Positions 10,940-22,166 of a stretch of DNA of 64,000 nt are shown piece after piece; position 1 is the stretch's first letter; each line of letters starts with the position of its first letter. Origin of the DNA: Hypanus sabinus (taxonomy: Eukaryota); contig NC_082738.1 in assembly GCF_030144855.1 (NCBI RefSeq), positions 6,634,001 through 6,698,000 of the forward strand, given 5' to 3'. Under the pieces are notes generated by a model. That model was not told the DNA's origin and did no database searches. It saw only the letters and a list, made by a program, of their open reading frames with translations. The translations under genes were made by a program, and so were the position numbers.

Positions 10940-12400
10940 AAAAGTTTTTGGTGACATGCCAGATCTGCACAATCTAAGGAAGTAGAGGTGCTGTTATGCC
11001 TTCTTTGTGATGTCACTTGTGTGCTGGTCCCAGAACAGACCTTCTGGTATATTAATGCCGAGGAATTTAAAGCTACTGACCCTCTCATTGCCTTAATTTT
11101 TCATCAGCTTTTTAACTCATAAAATTAGTGCACCCTGCCATCCCGGTCCCCTAATGAGGGCTGGCTCACGGACCTGCAGCTTCTTCCTCCTGCTGACATT
11201 GTGAGAGGCACCACTCGGCCAGATTTACAATTTCCCTCCTATATGCCGACTCTCCACGACCTTCTGTTTGACTAACTACAGAAGTGTCATCAGCAAAGTT
11301 AAATATGATGCTGGAGTTGCTCTTAGCCACTTAGCTTTTGGTGGGGACTATATTGTGGGTTGATTGGGCTTCTCATGTGGACAATAATATTTCTATTGTG
11401 TGAAGTAACAATCTTGTTCCAGCCAAATTAATTTGCTGGTCTTATGAAGCTTCCTGAGCTGTGTTCCATGAGAGCTGCTTTTCCAGTAAATCCAGGCTGT
11501 TTCCATAGGTGTCTATGTATCATCTAGAATCAGGTTTATTATCACCAGCGTTTGTCATGAAATTTGTTAAATTAGCAGCCACAGTTCAATTCAATACAAT
11601 ATGATAATATAGAAAGAAAAATATGATCAATTACAGGAAGAATATGTGTGTATTAAACAGATTAAAATAGTTCAAAAACAGAAATGTATATTTTTAAAAA
11701 GTGAGGTGGTGTCCATTTGGGAATCAGGTGGAAGAGGGGAAGAATCTGTTCCTGAATCGCTGAGTGTGTGACTTCAGGCTTCTGTATCTCCTACCTGATG
11801 ATAACAGTGAGAAAAAGGCATGCCCTGGGTGCTAGGGGTCCTTAATAATGGGCATTGCCTTTCTGAGGCACTGTTCCTTGGATGCTACAGAGGATAGTAC
11901 CCAAGATGGAGCTGATTAAATTTACAACTTTCTGGAGTTTCGTTCAGTTCTGTGCAGTAGCCCCACCTGCTCTCTCCTCCCCACCCCCCCCCCCCCCCCC
12001 ATAGCTGCAGACAGTGATGCAGCCTGTCAGAATGCTCTCCATGGTACATCTATAGAAGTTTTTGAGAGTTTTAGTTGATAAACCAAATTGCCTTAAACCC
12101 CTAATGAAATATAGCTGCTGTCTTGCCTTCTTTATAACTACATTGATATGTTGAGACCAGGTTAGATCCTCAGATCTTGACCCCCAGGAACTTGAAGCTG
12201 CTCACTCTCTCCACTTCTGATCCCTCTACGAGGATTGGTATGTGTTCCTTCATCTTACCCTTCCTGAAGTCCACAATCAGCTCTTTTGTCTCACTGACAT
12301 TGAGTGCGAGGCTGTTGCTGTGACACCACTCATCTAACTGGTATATCTCGCTCCTGCATGCCTTCTCATCTCCTGAGTTTTGATTCTACCAACAATGGTA
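10940..12400 (-). mobile_element. Two adjacent Rex1-like LINE fragments (10940-11330 and 11525-12400)
   Basis: Antisense of the RT C-terminus (DDT, [12 protein letters not shown]). The second copy has an AATCAGGTTTATT tail and a poly-C run at ~11985-12000. Confidence 0.75.
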
Positions 12401-12789
12401 GCACACAACTCTGCCTCATTTACAGTTACCACCAACAACAAAGTAGCATGCAAATCATTATGGCTGTTTGTTATCACCCTTGCTTTCTTTTCTTCCCTTC
12501 CCTCCTCCTCCTTTGATGATCCTGGAAAATATTCTAGCCCAAGTCACCTGCAAAGTCACTTACAGATTGCTGGTTTCTTAGTCCATTGCCCTAATTTTTC
12601 ATCAGCTTTTGATGCCTTATAAAATTTGTGCTCTGACATCCTGGTTGCTACTCTGATGTTGTCTCATAAGTCAAAAGAGTATAGTTTTGAGTACAATTGG
12701 TGTAGAGTTTTCGGTTCATCAAAATTGACCTGACTATATTGTGCACTACAAAATCTCATTTGCTGTTGCCAAAGCACCTAGATAAATCT

Positions 12790-15700
12790 CAGCTTTACAG
12801 AGCAGGCATTGGAGTAGAGGGAGACAGTAGGGGGGCTTTGGCTCAATGGGGCTTCAGCGATAAAGGGTCGAGTTGAGGTAGGTTACCTGTGAGGAATAGA
12901 AATAGGAAGTATGTCTGAGGCCGGTGTTCTGTGCTCAGTGTCAGATGTGGGAAGTCCAGGAGACTCCCAGCCTCCCGGACGGCTACATCTGCACCAGGTG
13001 TGTTGAGCTGCAGCTCCTTAGGGACTGGGTTAGGGAACCGGAGATACAGCTCGTTGACTTTCGTCTGGTCAGAGAAAGTGAGGAGGTGATAGGGGCTATA
13101 TGCAAGTAGTCACATCAGGGCCTTGGGAGACAGACAAGTGCGTAACAGGACAGGAGAGGGAAGGGTAAGAGACAGATACTGGAGAGTACCCCAGTGGCTG
13201 TCCCCCTTACCAATAACTACTCCTGCTCGAGTACTGTTGGGGGGAGATGGCCTCCCTGGGGGAAGCAACAGTGGCCGCACCTCTGGCAGAGTCTGGCCCT
13301 GTGGCTCAGAAGAGTAGGGAAAGGAAGAGGAAGGCAGTAGTGATAGGGGACTCTATAGTTAGGGGGTCAGACAGGCGATTCTGCGGATGCAGGAACGAAA
13401 CACGGATGGTAGTTTGTCTCCCAGGTGCCAGGGTCTGGGATGTTTCTGATTGCGTCCACGATATCCTGAAGTGGGAGGGAGAATAGCCAGAGGTTGTGGT
13501 ACATATTGGTACCAACGACAAAGGTTGGAAAAGGGAGGAGGTCCTGAAAGAAGACTACGGATTTAGGAAGGAAGTTGAGAAGCAGGACCTCAAAGGTAGT
13601 AATCTTGGGATTACTGCCTGTGCCACGCGACAGTGAAGATAGGAATAGAGTGAGGTGGAGGATAAATATGTGACTGAGGGATTGGAGCAGGGGGCAGGGA
13701 TTCAGATTTCTGGATCATTGGGACCTCTTTTGGGGCAGGTGTGACCTGTACAAAAAGGATGGGTTGCACTTGAATCCTGGGGGACTAATATCCTGGCAGG
13801 GAGGTTCACTAAGGCTATTGGGGAGAGTATAAACTAGAATTGCTGGGGGGTGGGAACTGAAGAGATGGAGGAAGGGACTGTTGGCTCAGAAATAGAGAAA
13901 GCTTGGAAAGTGTGAGAGGGAGGATAGGCATGTGACAGAAGTGATGTCCACAGACCGATAGTTTGAGATGCTTCTATTTTAATGCAAGAAGCATCATGAA
14001 CAAAGCGGATAGGCTTAGAGTGTGGATCAGTACTTGGAGATATGATGTGGAGGCCATTACAGAGACTTGGATGGCTCAAGTGCCAGGCTTTAGATTTTTC
14101 AGAAAGGACAGGGAGGGAGGCAAAAGAGATGGGGGCGTGGCACTGTTGATCAGAGACAGTGTCACGATTGCAGAAAAGAAGGAAGTCATGGAGGGATTGT
14201 TTACACAGTCTCTGTGGGTGGAAGTTAGAAACAGGAAGGGGTCAACAACTCTACTGGGTTTTTTTATAGACCGCCTAATAGTAACAGGGTCATCGAGGAG
14301 CATATAGGGAGACAGATTCTGGAAAGGAGTAATAATAACAGGGTTGTCGTGGTAGGAGATTTTAATTTCTCAAATATTGATTTGCATCTCCCTAGAGTGA
14401 GGGGTTTAGATGGGTTGGAGTTTGTTAGGTGTGTTCAGGAAGATTTCCTGACACAATATGTAGATAAGCCTACAAGAGGAGAGGCTGAACTTGATCTGGT
14501 ATTGGGAAATGAACCTGGTCAGGTATCAGGTCTCTCAGTGAGAGAGCATTTTGGAGATAGTGATCACAATTCTCTCTCTTTTACCATAGCATTGAAGAGG
14601 GATAGGAACAGACAAGTTAGGAAAGCATTTAATTGGAGTAAGAGGAAATATGAGGTTATCAGGCAGGATCTCAGAAGCATAAATTGGGAACAGATGTTCT
14701 CAGGGAAATGTTCGACAGAAATGTTGCAAATGTTCGCTGGAAAAAAAAAGTTTAACTTGCATTAAGAAAATGAAAATCAATATAGCTTTTTTACAAGAAA
14801 CACCCTTAACAGAGATAGAACATCAGAAATTAAAGAGAGATTGGGTCAGAAATGTTTAAGGACAGAAGAATATTTAAATATATTCTTAATTATATGATAC
14901 GGGGGAGAAAGGTAAAAATTTGAGAAATATTAATTGAGAGTAGTGATATTATTTTTTCCTTTCTTATATATACTTTTTTATGTTACGGGGGAACTGGGGG
15001 AACTTCGTATCGATTGCTCTGGGACTCACGTGTGTAATCATGGCATATTTGCGTGGAGTTCTGCATAGGTATGTTCCAATGAGGCAGGGAAAGGATGGTA
15101 GGGTACAGGAACCATGGTGTACAAAGGCTGTTGAAAATCTAGTCAAGAAGAGCTTACAAAAGGTTCAAAAAAACTAGGTAATGATAGAGATCTGGAAGAT
15201 TATAAGGCTAGCAGGAAGGAGCTTAAGAATGAAACTAGGAGAGCCAGAAGGGGCCATGAGAAGGCCTTGGCAGATGGGATTAAAGAAAACCCCAAGGCAT
15301 TCTACAAGTATATGAAGAGCAAGAGGATAAGATGTGAGAGAACAGGATCAATCAAGTGTGACAGTGGAAAAGTGTGTATGGAACCAGCAGAGATACTTAA
15401 TACTTCAGTATTTACTATGGAAAAGGACCTTGGTGATTGTAGTGATGACTTGCAGCAGACCGAAAAGCTTGAGCATATAGATATTAAGAAAGAGGATGTG
15501 CTGGAGCTTTTGGAAAGCATCAAGTTGAATAAGCCTCTGGGACCAGATGAGATATACCCCAAGGTGCTGTGGGAGGCAAGGAAGGAGATTGGTGAGCCTC
15601 TGGCAATGATCTTTGCATCATCAATGGGGTCAGGAGAAGTTCCAGAGGATTGGAGGGTTGCAGATGTTGTTCTCTTATTCAAGAAAGGGAGTAGAGATAG

Positions 15701-17062
15701 CCCAGGAAATTATAGATCAGTGAATCTTACTTCAGTGGTTGGTAATTTGATGGAGAAGATCCTGAGGCAGGATTTATGAACATTTAGAGAGGTATAATAT
15801 GATTAGGAGTAGTCAACATGGCTTTGTCAAAGGCAGGTCGTGCCTAATGAGCCTGATTGAATTTTTTGAGGATGCGACTAAACTCGTTGATGAAGGTAGA
15901 GCAGTAGATGTAGTGTATATGGATTTCAGCAAGGCATTTGATAAGGTACCCCATGGAAGGCGTATTCAGAAAGTAAGGAGGCATGGGATCCAAGGGGACA
16001 TTGCTTGGTGGATCCTGAATTGGCTTGTCCACAGAAGAGTGGTTGTAGACAGGTCATATTCTGCATGGATGTTGGTGACCAGTGGTGTGCCTCAGGGATC
16101 TGTTCTGGGACCCCTTCTCTTTGTGATTTTACTAAATGACCTCGATGAAGAAGTGGAGGGATGAGTTAGTACATTTGCTGATGACACAAAGGTTGGGGGT
16201 GTTGTGGATAGTGTGGAGGGCTGTCAGAGACTACAGTGGGACATCGATAGGATGCAAAACTGGGCTGAGAAGTGGCAAATGGAGTTCAACCCAGATAAGT
16301 GTGAAGTGGTTCATTTTGGTGGTTCAAATATGATGGCAGAATATAGTATTAATGGTAAGACTCTTGGCAGTGTGGAGGATCAGAGGGATCTTGGGGGTTC
16401 GAGTCCATAGGACACAAAGCTGCTGCGCAGGTTGATTCTGTGGTTAAGAAGGTATATGGTGCATTGGCCTTCATCAATTGTGGGATTGAGTTTAAGAGCC
16501 GAGAGGTAATGTTACAGCTATATAGGACCCTGCTCAAACCCCACTTGGAGTACTGTGCTCAGTTCTGGTCGCCTCACTACACGAAGGATGTGGAAGCCAA
16601 AGAAAGGGTGCAGAGGAGATTTACAAGGATGTTGCCTGGATTGGGGAGCATGCCTTATGAGAATAGGTTGAGTGAACTCGGCTTTTTCTCCTTGGAGCGA
16701 CGGAGGATGAGAGGTGACCTGATAGAGGTGTAGAAGATGATGAGAGGCATTGATCATGTGGATAGTCAGAGGCTTTTTCCCAGGGCTGAAATGGCTAGCA
16801 CGAGAGGGCACTGTTTTAAGATGCTTGGAGGTAGGTACAGAGGAGGTGACAGGGGTAAGTTCTTTTACACAGCGAGTGGTGAGTATGTGGAATGGGCTGC
16901 TGGTGATGGTGGTGGAGGCGGATACTACAGGGTCTTTTAAGAGACTCCTGGATAGTTTAGAAAAATAGAGGGCTATTGGTAACTCTAGGTAATTTCTCAG
17001 GCAGGGACATGTTCAGCACAGCATTGTGGGCTGAACAACCTGTATTGTGCTGTTCTGTTTCT
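12790..17062 (+). mobile_element. CR1 LINE, near full length, ORF1 and ORF2 disrupted
   Basis: ORF1: CxxC...CxxC zinc finger/leucine zipper and esterase GDSIVRG, HIGTND, DGLH. ORF2: APE (FNARSI, ITETW, GDFN, SDHN) and RT ([43 protein letters not shown]). Many stops and frameshifts. Confidence 0.95.
14736..15044 (+). mobile_element. Internal L1-type fragment(s) inserted in CR1
   Basis: 14761-14856 translates IKKMKINIAFLQETPLTEIEHQKLKRDWVRNV, an L1-type endonuclease N-terminus. CR1 resumes at 15045. Confidence 0.7.
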
Positions 17063-17154
17063 AAGAAGCTCTTACAACACAGATGATCAAAAATACAAAT
17101 GCAGACTTGCAGGTAATCTATTGATTTTTGTAGGAAATTGATTACAAAATAGAC

Positions 17155-17680
17155 TCAAAGTACATTTATTATCAAAGTATATATGCAGTATACAACCCTG
17201 AGATTTGCTTATCCACAGACAGCCACGAAACAAAGAACACCATGGAACCCATTCAAAAAGACATCAAACCGCCAACACACAAAAAAAGGTATAAATCAAC
17301 CAAACAGCATTAAGATGAGGAAAAAAGACAGGGAATATAAAATGTCAAACCACAAAGTCATTGTAACAGGAATGTTCAGTTTAGTTCAATTTTATGCTGT
17401 GTCATACGTTGATTGCAGGGCCCAGAGCCAGTCCACCCAAACAGAATCACACATAATAGCAATTTAAAAAAAGAAGCCAGAAACACATGTAACATGAACT
17501 ACAGAGTCCAATCTGCAAACTATGTTAATTAAATCTTGCTCAAGACCCAAGACTCCAGTGCTACCCTCCGGCGGCATTGAGCAAGAGGGAGAGAAAGAGA
17601 CCAGTCAAATGTAGACACCTTCCTCTAGCAGCAGGGAGAGAGAGAGCCCCATTAAGCACAGGCAGGTGGTGTTGAACACA
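17155..17680 (-). mobile_element. Retroposon 3' UTR/tail fragment
   Basis: Begins with the reverse complement of the AATCTCAGGGTTGTATA...TACTTTGATAATAAA tail seen at 7883-7940, but has a different body. Confidence 0.55.
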
Positions 17681-20600
17681 ACAGACAGAAATTAGGGATA
17701 TTAGAATGGCCTAACCAATGATGAGCACCAGGGATATTTATTGCTGCATCAGCTTTTCGCTATATTGATAAAGGAATCATAACTTGAATATTAACTTTAC
17801 AGAACAAAAGGCCATTCAACATTTCATGTCTATGCCATTCATTGAAGGCTTACTCAGTCTAATCCCAACTTTCAGCCTTAGGTCTATAACCTGTGGGTCA
17901 CAGCTCTTCAAGTATTTTTTAAACACTTTGAAAGTTTCTGACATTAGAACTATTCTAAGTTGAGCTCTCCAGATCATTAGCAGTGTTCATCCTCATCTCT
18001 TCTCAGGCTTGAGTTACAGCTTTGTGTTAGGGAACAGAAAGCAATGAGGGAACATTGCTAAATCAAGAAGTGATGTGATCACTGGTGTGGCCTCTTATCT
18101 AATGATAAGTTTAAGTTCAAGTTCAATTATCATTCAACCATACATGAATATAGCCACATGAGACATCATTCCTCCAGGGCCAAGGTGCAACACAAATTAC
18201 CAACAGCACACAGAACACTGAATATAGCACATATGGTTACAATTTCAGAAAAAAATTTATACAGCCAGAATAATATAGCCCAAGTCCCTGACTATCTAAG
18301 AGTATCAAATGAAGCTCAGTTTGAGTCAGAATGATCTCAGGTGATCAATGGCTACATTTCTACTTTCCTTTCTACACTCCTGTATATATCTAGAATTATC
18401 TATTGCCATATATTTTCTCAGACCTCAGCCTCCTTCATTCTCATTTCCAAAAGTGTGAGAAATTCCAGGATTGCTTACCCTGAGGTGAAAAATTTTACTT
18501 ATCCCTTCCACCTACTTACCAAATTTAATGACTTTCTCAGATCCCCAATCCTAAACCTGGACTCCCTTCTCTCTTCAAGGCATCTCTGATGTTATCTTAG
18601 CTCCCCTAAGTGACTATTACAAATGAGACAATGAAACTGCCCACCAACTAAACCTCTGATCATTCAAACTTCCTTCATGGCTGATGTGCACATGACACTG
18701 CAAATAGTTTTTTTCTCCACAGGGATGCCATCCTCTCTTTCAAAGCTGTTTTCATCACCAATTTTGGAAAAGCATTTTCATATTTGCTGTCCATGTTCAT
18801 TGGTGTCCATGCCCTATGTCATTCTAAGTTCTCAGAAGTGTTGACTTGTCCTAGATGCATATATAGTTTTTCCATCACACTCTCTATGAATTTCTCCAAG
18901 CAGATATTTAAGCCTGGTGCAATGCCACTATGTCTTTAACAGAGGACACAATAAACATCTACTGAGTCCTCTTGATCTATCATCCTCATCCACATTATTT
19001 TCTCTGACATCACTTAAGTATACCTTCCTTGCCCAGGTGCTCTACCAGAGATGTGGGAATCTCTCCCTCTCCCAGTGTAGAGTGCCCTCTTGCTTTAAAA
19101 CATCCACCATTGTCCCCGTACCTAAAAAGGCCAAGGTAACATGTCTGAACAACTGGTGTCCTGTCGCACTCACCTCAATAATAAGCAAATGCTTTGAGAG
19201 GCTGGTTGTAAAGGCAACGTAAAGATTTTTACTCCTCATGTATGTGAAGGATGTAAGAAATAAAGTCAATTCAATTCAATTCAATTCAGATGACGCAATA
19301 GCCAGAGCTCTACACACCATCCTTATACACCTGGAGAGGAGGGATGCTTATGTGAGAATGCTGTTCTTGGACTACAGTTCAGCATTCAACACCATCATTC
19401 CCTCCAGGCTCGACAAGAAGCTCAGAGACCTCGGCCTTCATCCTGTGCAGCTGGATCCTGGACTTCCTGTCAGATTGCCAGCAGGTGGTAAGACTGGGCT
19501 CCCTCACCTCCAACCCTCTGAATGTCAATACAGGAACCCCTCAGAGATGTGTACTAAGCCCCCTCCTTTAATCTCTGTATACCCATGATTGTGCCACCCA
19601 CAGCTCCAACCTGCTAATCATCTGCAGCTTAATGTGAAAAAGACTAAGGAGCTGGTGGTGGACCTGAGGAGGGCTAAGGCACCGGTGACCCCTGTTTCCA
19701 TCCAAGGGGTCAGTGTGGACATGGTGGAGGATTACAAATACCTGGGGATACGAATGGACGATAAACTGGACTGATCAAAGAACACTGAGGCTGTCTACAA
19801 GAAGGGTCAGAGCCGTCTCTATTTCCTGAGGAGACTGAGGTCCTTTAACATCTGCCGGACAATGCTGAGGATGTTCTATGAGGCTGTGGTGGCCAGTGCT
19901 ATCATGTTTGCTGTTGTGTGCTGGGGCAGCAGGCTGAGGGTAGCAGACACCAACAGAATCAACAAACTCATTCAATAGACAATAGGTGCAGAAGTAGACC
20001 ATTTGGCCCTTTGAGCCTGCACTGCCATTCTGAGATCATGGCTGATCAACTACTATCAATACCCGGTTCCTGCCTTGTCCCCATATCCTTTGATTCCCCT
20101 ATCCATAAGATACCTATCTAGCTCCTTCTTGAAAGCATCCAGAGAATTGGCCTCCACTGCCTTCTGAGGCAGTGCATTCCAGACCCCCACAACTCTCTGG
20201 GAGAAGAAGTTTTTCCTTAACTCTGTCCTAAATGACCTACCCCTTATTCTCAAACCATACCCTCTGGTACTGGACTCTCCCAGCAGCTGGAACGTATTTC
20301 CTGCCTCTATCTTGTCCGATCCCTTAATAATCTTATATGTTGCAATCAGATCCCCTCTCAATCTCCTTAATTCCAGCGTGTACAAGCCCAGTCTCTCTAA
20401 CCTCTCTGCGTAAGACAGTCCGGACATCCCAGGAATTAAACTCGTAAATCTACGCTGCACTTCCTCTATAGCCAGGATGTCCTTCCTTAACCCTGGAGAC
20501 AAAACTGTACACAATACTCCAGGTGTGGTCTTGTGGCGACCCATTTCCTGGCACATCCGAACCGGCTCACAATTAGATAGCCTACGGGGGTTTGCGAGCA

Positions 20601-20766
20601 CAGAGCTTTGGAGCCTCTGCGCCATGGGGGGCAGGTTGAGGGAGGCTTAAAGTGAGGCTGAGGATTTCGAATAAAGTTTTTTCCTTCGACTGCAGTGACT
20701 GCAGTGACTGCAGTGAATTGACTCCGTGTCGTAATTTTAGCACTGCGTGTAGCACACCGCTACAAT

Positions 20767-20780
20767 TGGTGACCCCGACG
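20767..20780 (+). other. Primer binding site complementary to tRNA-Trp
   Basis: TGGTGACCCCGACG is the 14-nt complement of the vertebrate tRNA-Trp 3' end, 2 nt after the LTR. Confidence 0.9.
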
Positions 20781-20804
20781 GTCCAAACGATTTTTGGACG
20801 AGAA

Positions 20805-21494
20805 ATGACCGACGCCGCCTCTGTTCATGCGGTTTCGTTGAAACTGCCGGGTTTCTGGACACAGCAACCGAACCTATGGTTCCAGCAAGCCGAAGCCCAA
20901 TTCCACGTTCACCGGATCACCTCAGAAGACACCCGCTACTACTACGTGGTGAGCTCCCTCGACCAGGACACAGCGGCCCAGGTCGCGGAGTTCGTACAGT
21001 CGCCCCCGGCAGACGGCAAGTACACAGAATTCAAAGCCCTGCTCCTCAGGACTTTCGGACTCTCACGGCGCGAGCGGGCTGCCCGTTTACTGCACCTGGA
21101 TGGCTTGGGCGACAGACCTCCATCGGCTTTAATGAATGAGATGTTGTCTCTGGCCGACGGACATACACCCTGCCTCATGTTTGAGCAGGCATTCCTGGAG
21201 CAGCTGCCCGAGGACATACGCCTGCTGCTGTCGGATGCGGATTTCAGTGACCCCCGGAAGGTAGCAGCCCAGGCGGACTTGCTGTGGAACGCCAAAAAGG
21301 TGAGCGGGGCGTCCATCGCACAGATCTCCCAGCCACGCTCCCAGCAGCAAACCAGTCCAGGCCCGGCTGCAGAGCCCGCCAACCCCCGGCCCAATGAGCA
21401 CTGGTGCTTCTACCACCAGCGGTGGGGCGCAGAAGCCCGCCGTTGTCGCCCGCACTGCAAGTTCCCGGGAAACGCCAGGGCCAGCCGCCGCTGA
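20805..21494 (+). CDS. Gypsy Gag, 229 aa, uninterrupted, CHCC zinc knuckle
   Basis: MTDAASVHAVSLKLPGFW...WFQQAEAQF...LGDRPPS...CFYHQRWGAEARRCRPHC (C-X2-H-X9-C-X3-C). Confidence 0.88.
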   Translation: MTDAASVHAVSLKLPGFWTQQPNLWFQQAEAQFHVHRITSEDTRYYYVVSSLDQDTAAQVAEFVQSPPADGKYTEFKALLLRTFGLSRRERAARLLHLDGLGDRPPSALMNEMLSLADGHTPCLMFEQAFLEQLPEDIRLLLSDADFSDPRKVAAQADLLWNAKKVSGASIAQISQPRSQQQTSPGPAAEPANPRPNEHWCFYHQRWGAEARRCRPHCKFPGNARASRR

Positions 21495-21743
21495 TGGCTA
21501 CGGTGGCTGGCCATCAGGATAGCCTCCTGTATGTGTGGGACAGAAGGTCGGGACGCCAGTTTTTGGTCGACACTGGCGCCGAGATCAGCGTTTTACCTCC
21601 GACGAGTTACGACACCCACAGCAGGGCACCGGGACCCCCCCTGTGGGCCGTGAACGGCAGCACAGTAAGGACCTATGGCACCCATCAGGTGCAGCTACAG
21701 TTCGGCTCCAGCCAGTTCACATGGGACTTTACACTGGCTGCCG
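21467..21743 (+). pseudogene. Gypsy aspartic protease in the -1 frame, truncated by deletion
   Basis: FLVDTGAEISVLP active site; starts at slippery heptamer GGGAAAC; ends at WDFTLAA. Confidence 0.88.
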
Positions 21744-22166
21744 CTACAGTCTCACCAGGGCCCTGTACAAATGCAAAAGGATTTCCTTGCTCTTGTACTC
21801 AATTCCCTTTGTAATAAAGACCAACATTTCATTAGCCTTCTTCACTGCCTGCTGCACTTGCTCATTCATCTTCAATGACTGATGAACAAGGACTCCTAGA
21901 TCTCTTTGTATTTCTCCCTTACCTAACTCTACACCGTTCATATAATAATCTGCCTTCCTGTTCTTACTCCCAAAGTAGATAAACTCACACTTATTCACAT
22001 TAAACATCATCTGCCAAGTATTTGCCCACTCACTCAGCCTATCCAAGTCACCCTGAATTCTCCTATCATCACATGTCAAACTGCCACCCAGCTTAGTATC
22101 ATCAGCAAACTTGCTGATGTTATTCTCAATGCCTTCATCCAAATCGTTGATGTAAATCATAAACAG

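Larger units (their letters stand above)
20532..21748 (+). mobile_element. Ty3/Gypsy LTR retrotransposon, CsRn1-like lineage, internally deleted
   Basis: 5' LTR 20532-20764 (TGTGGCG...CGCTACA, AATAAA at 20670); PBS 20767-20780; gag; protease; terminal CCGCTACA; TSD GTCT at 20528-20531 and 21749-21752. Confidence 0.93.

Noticed and set aside
20652-20804. N-terminal extension of the 280-aa ORF with DCS repeats
   Set aside because: It starts at a GTG inside the LTR and crosses the PBS; the plausible gag start is the ATG at 20805.
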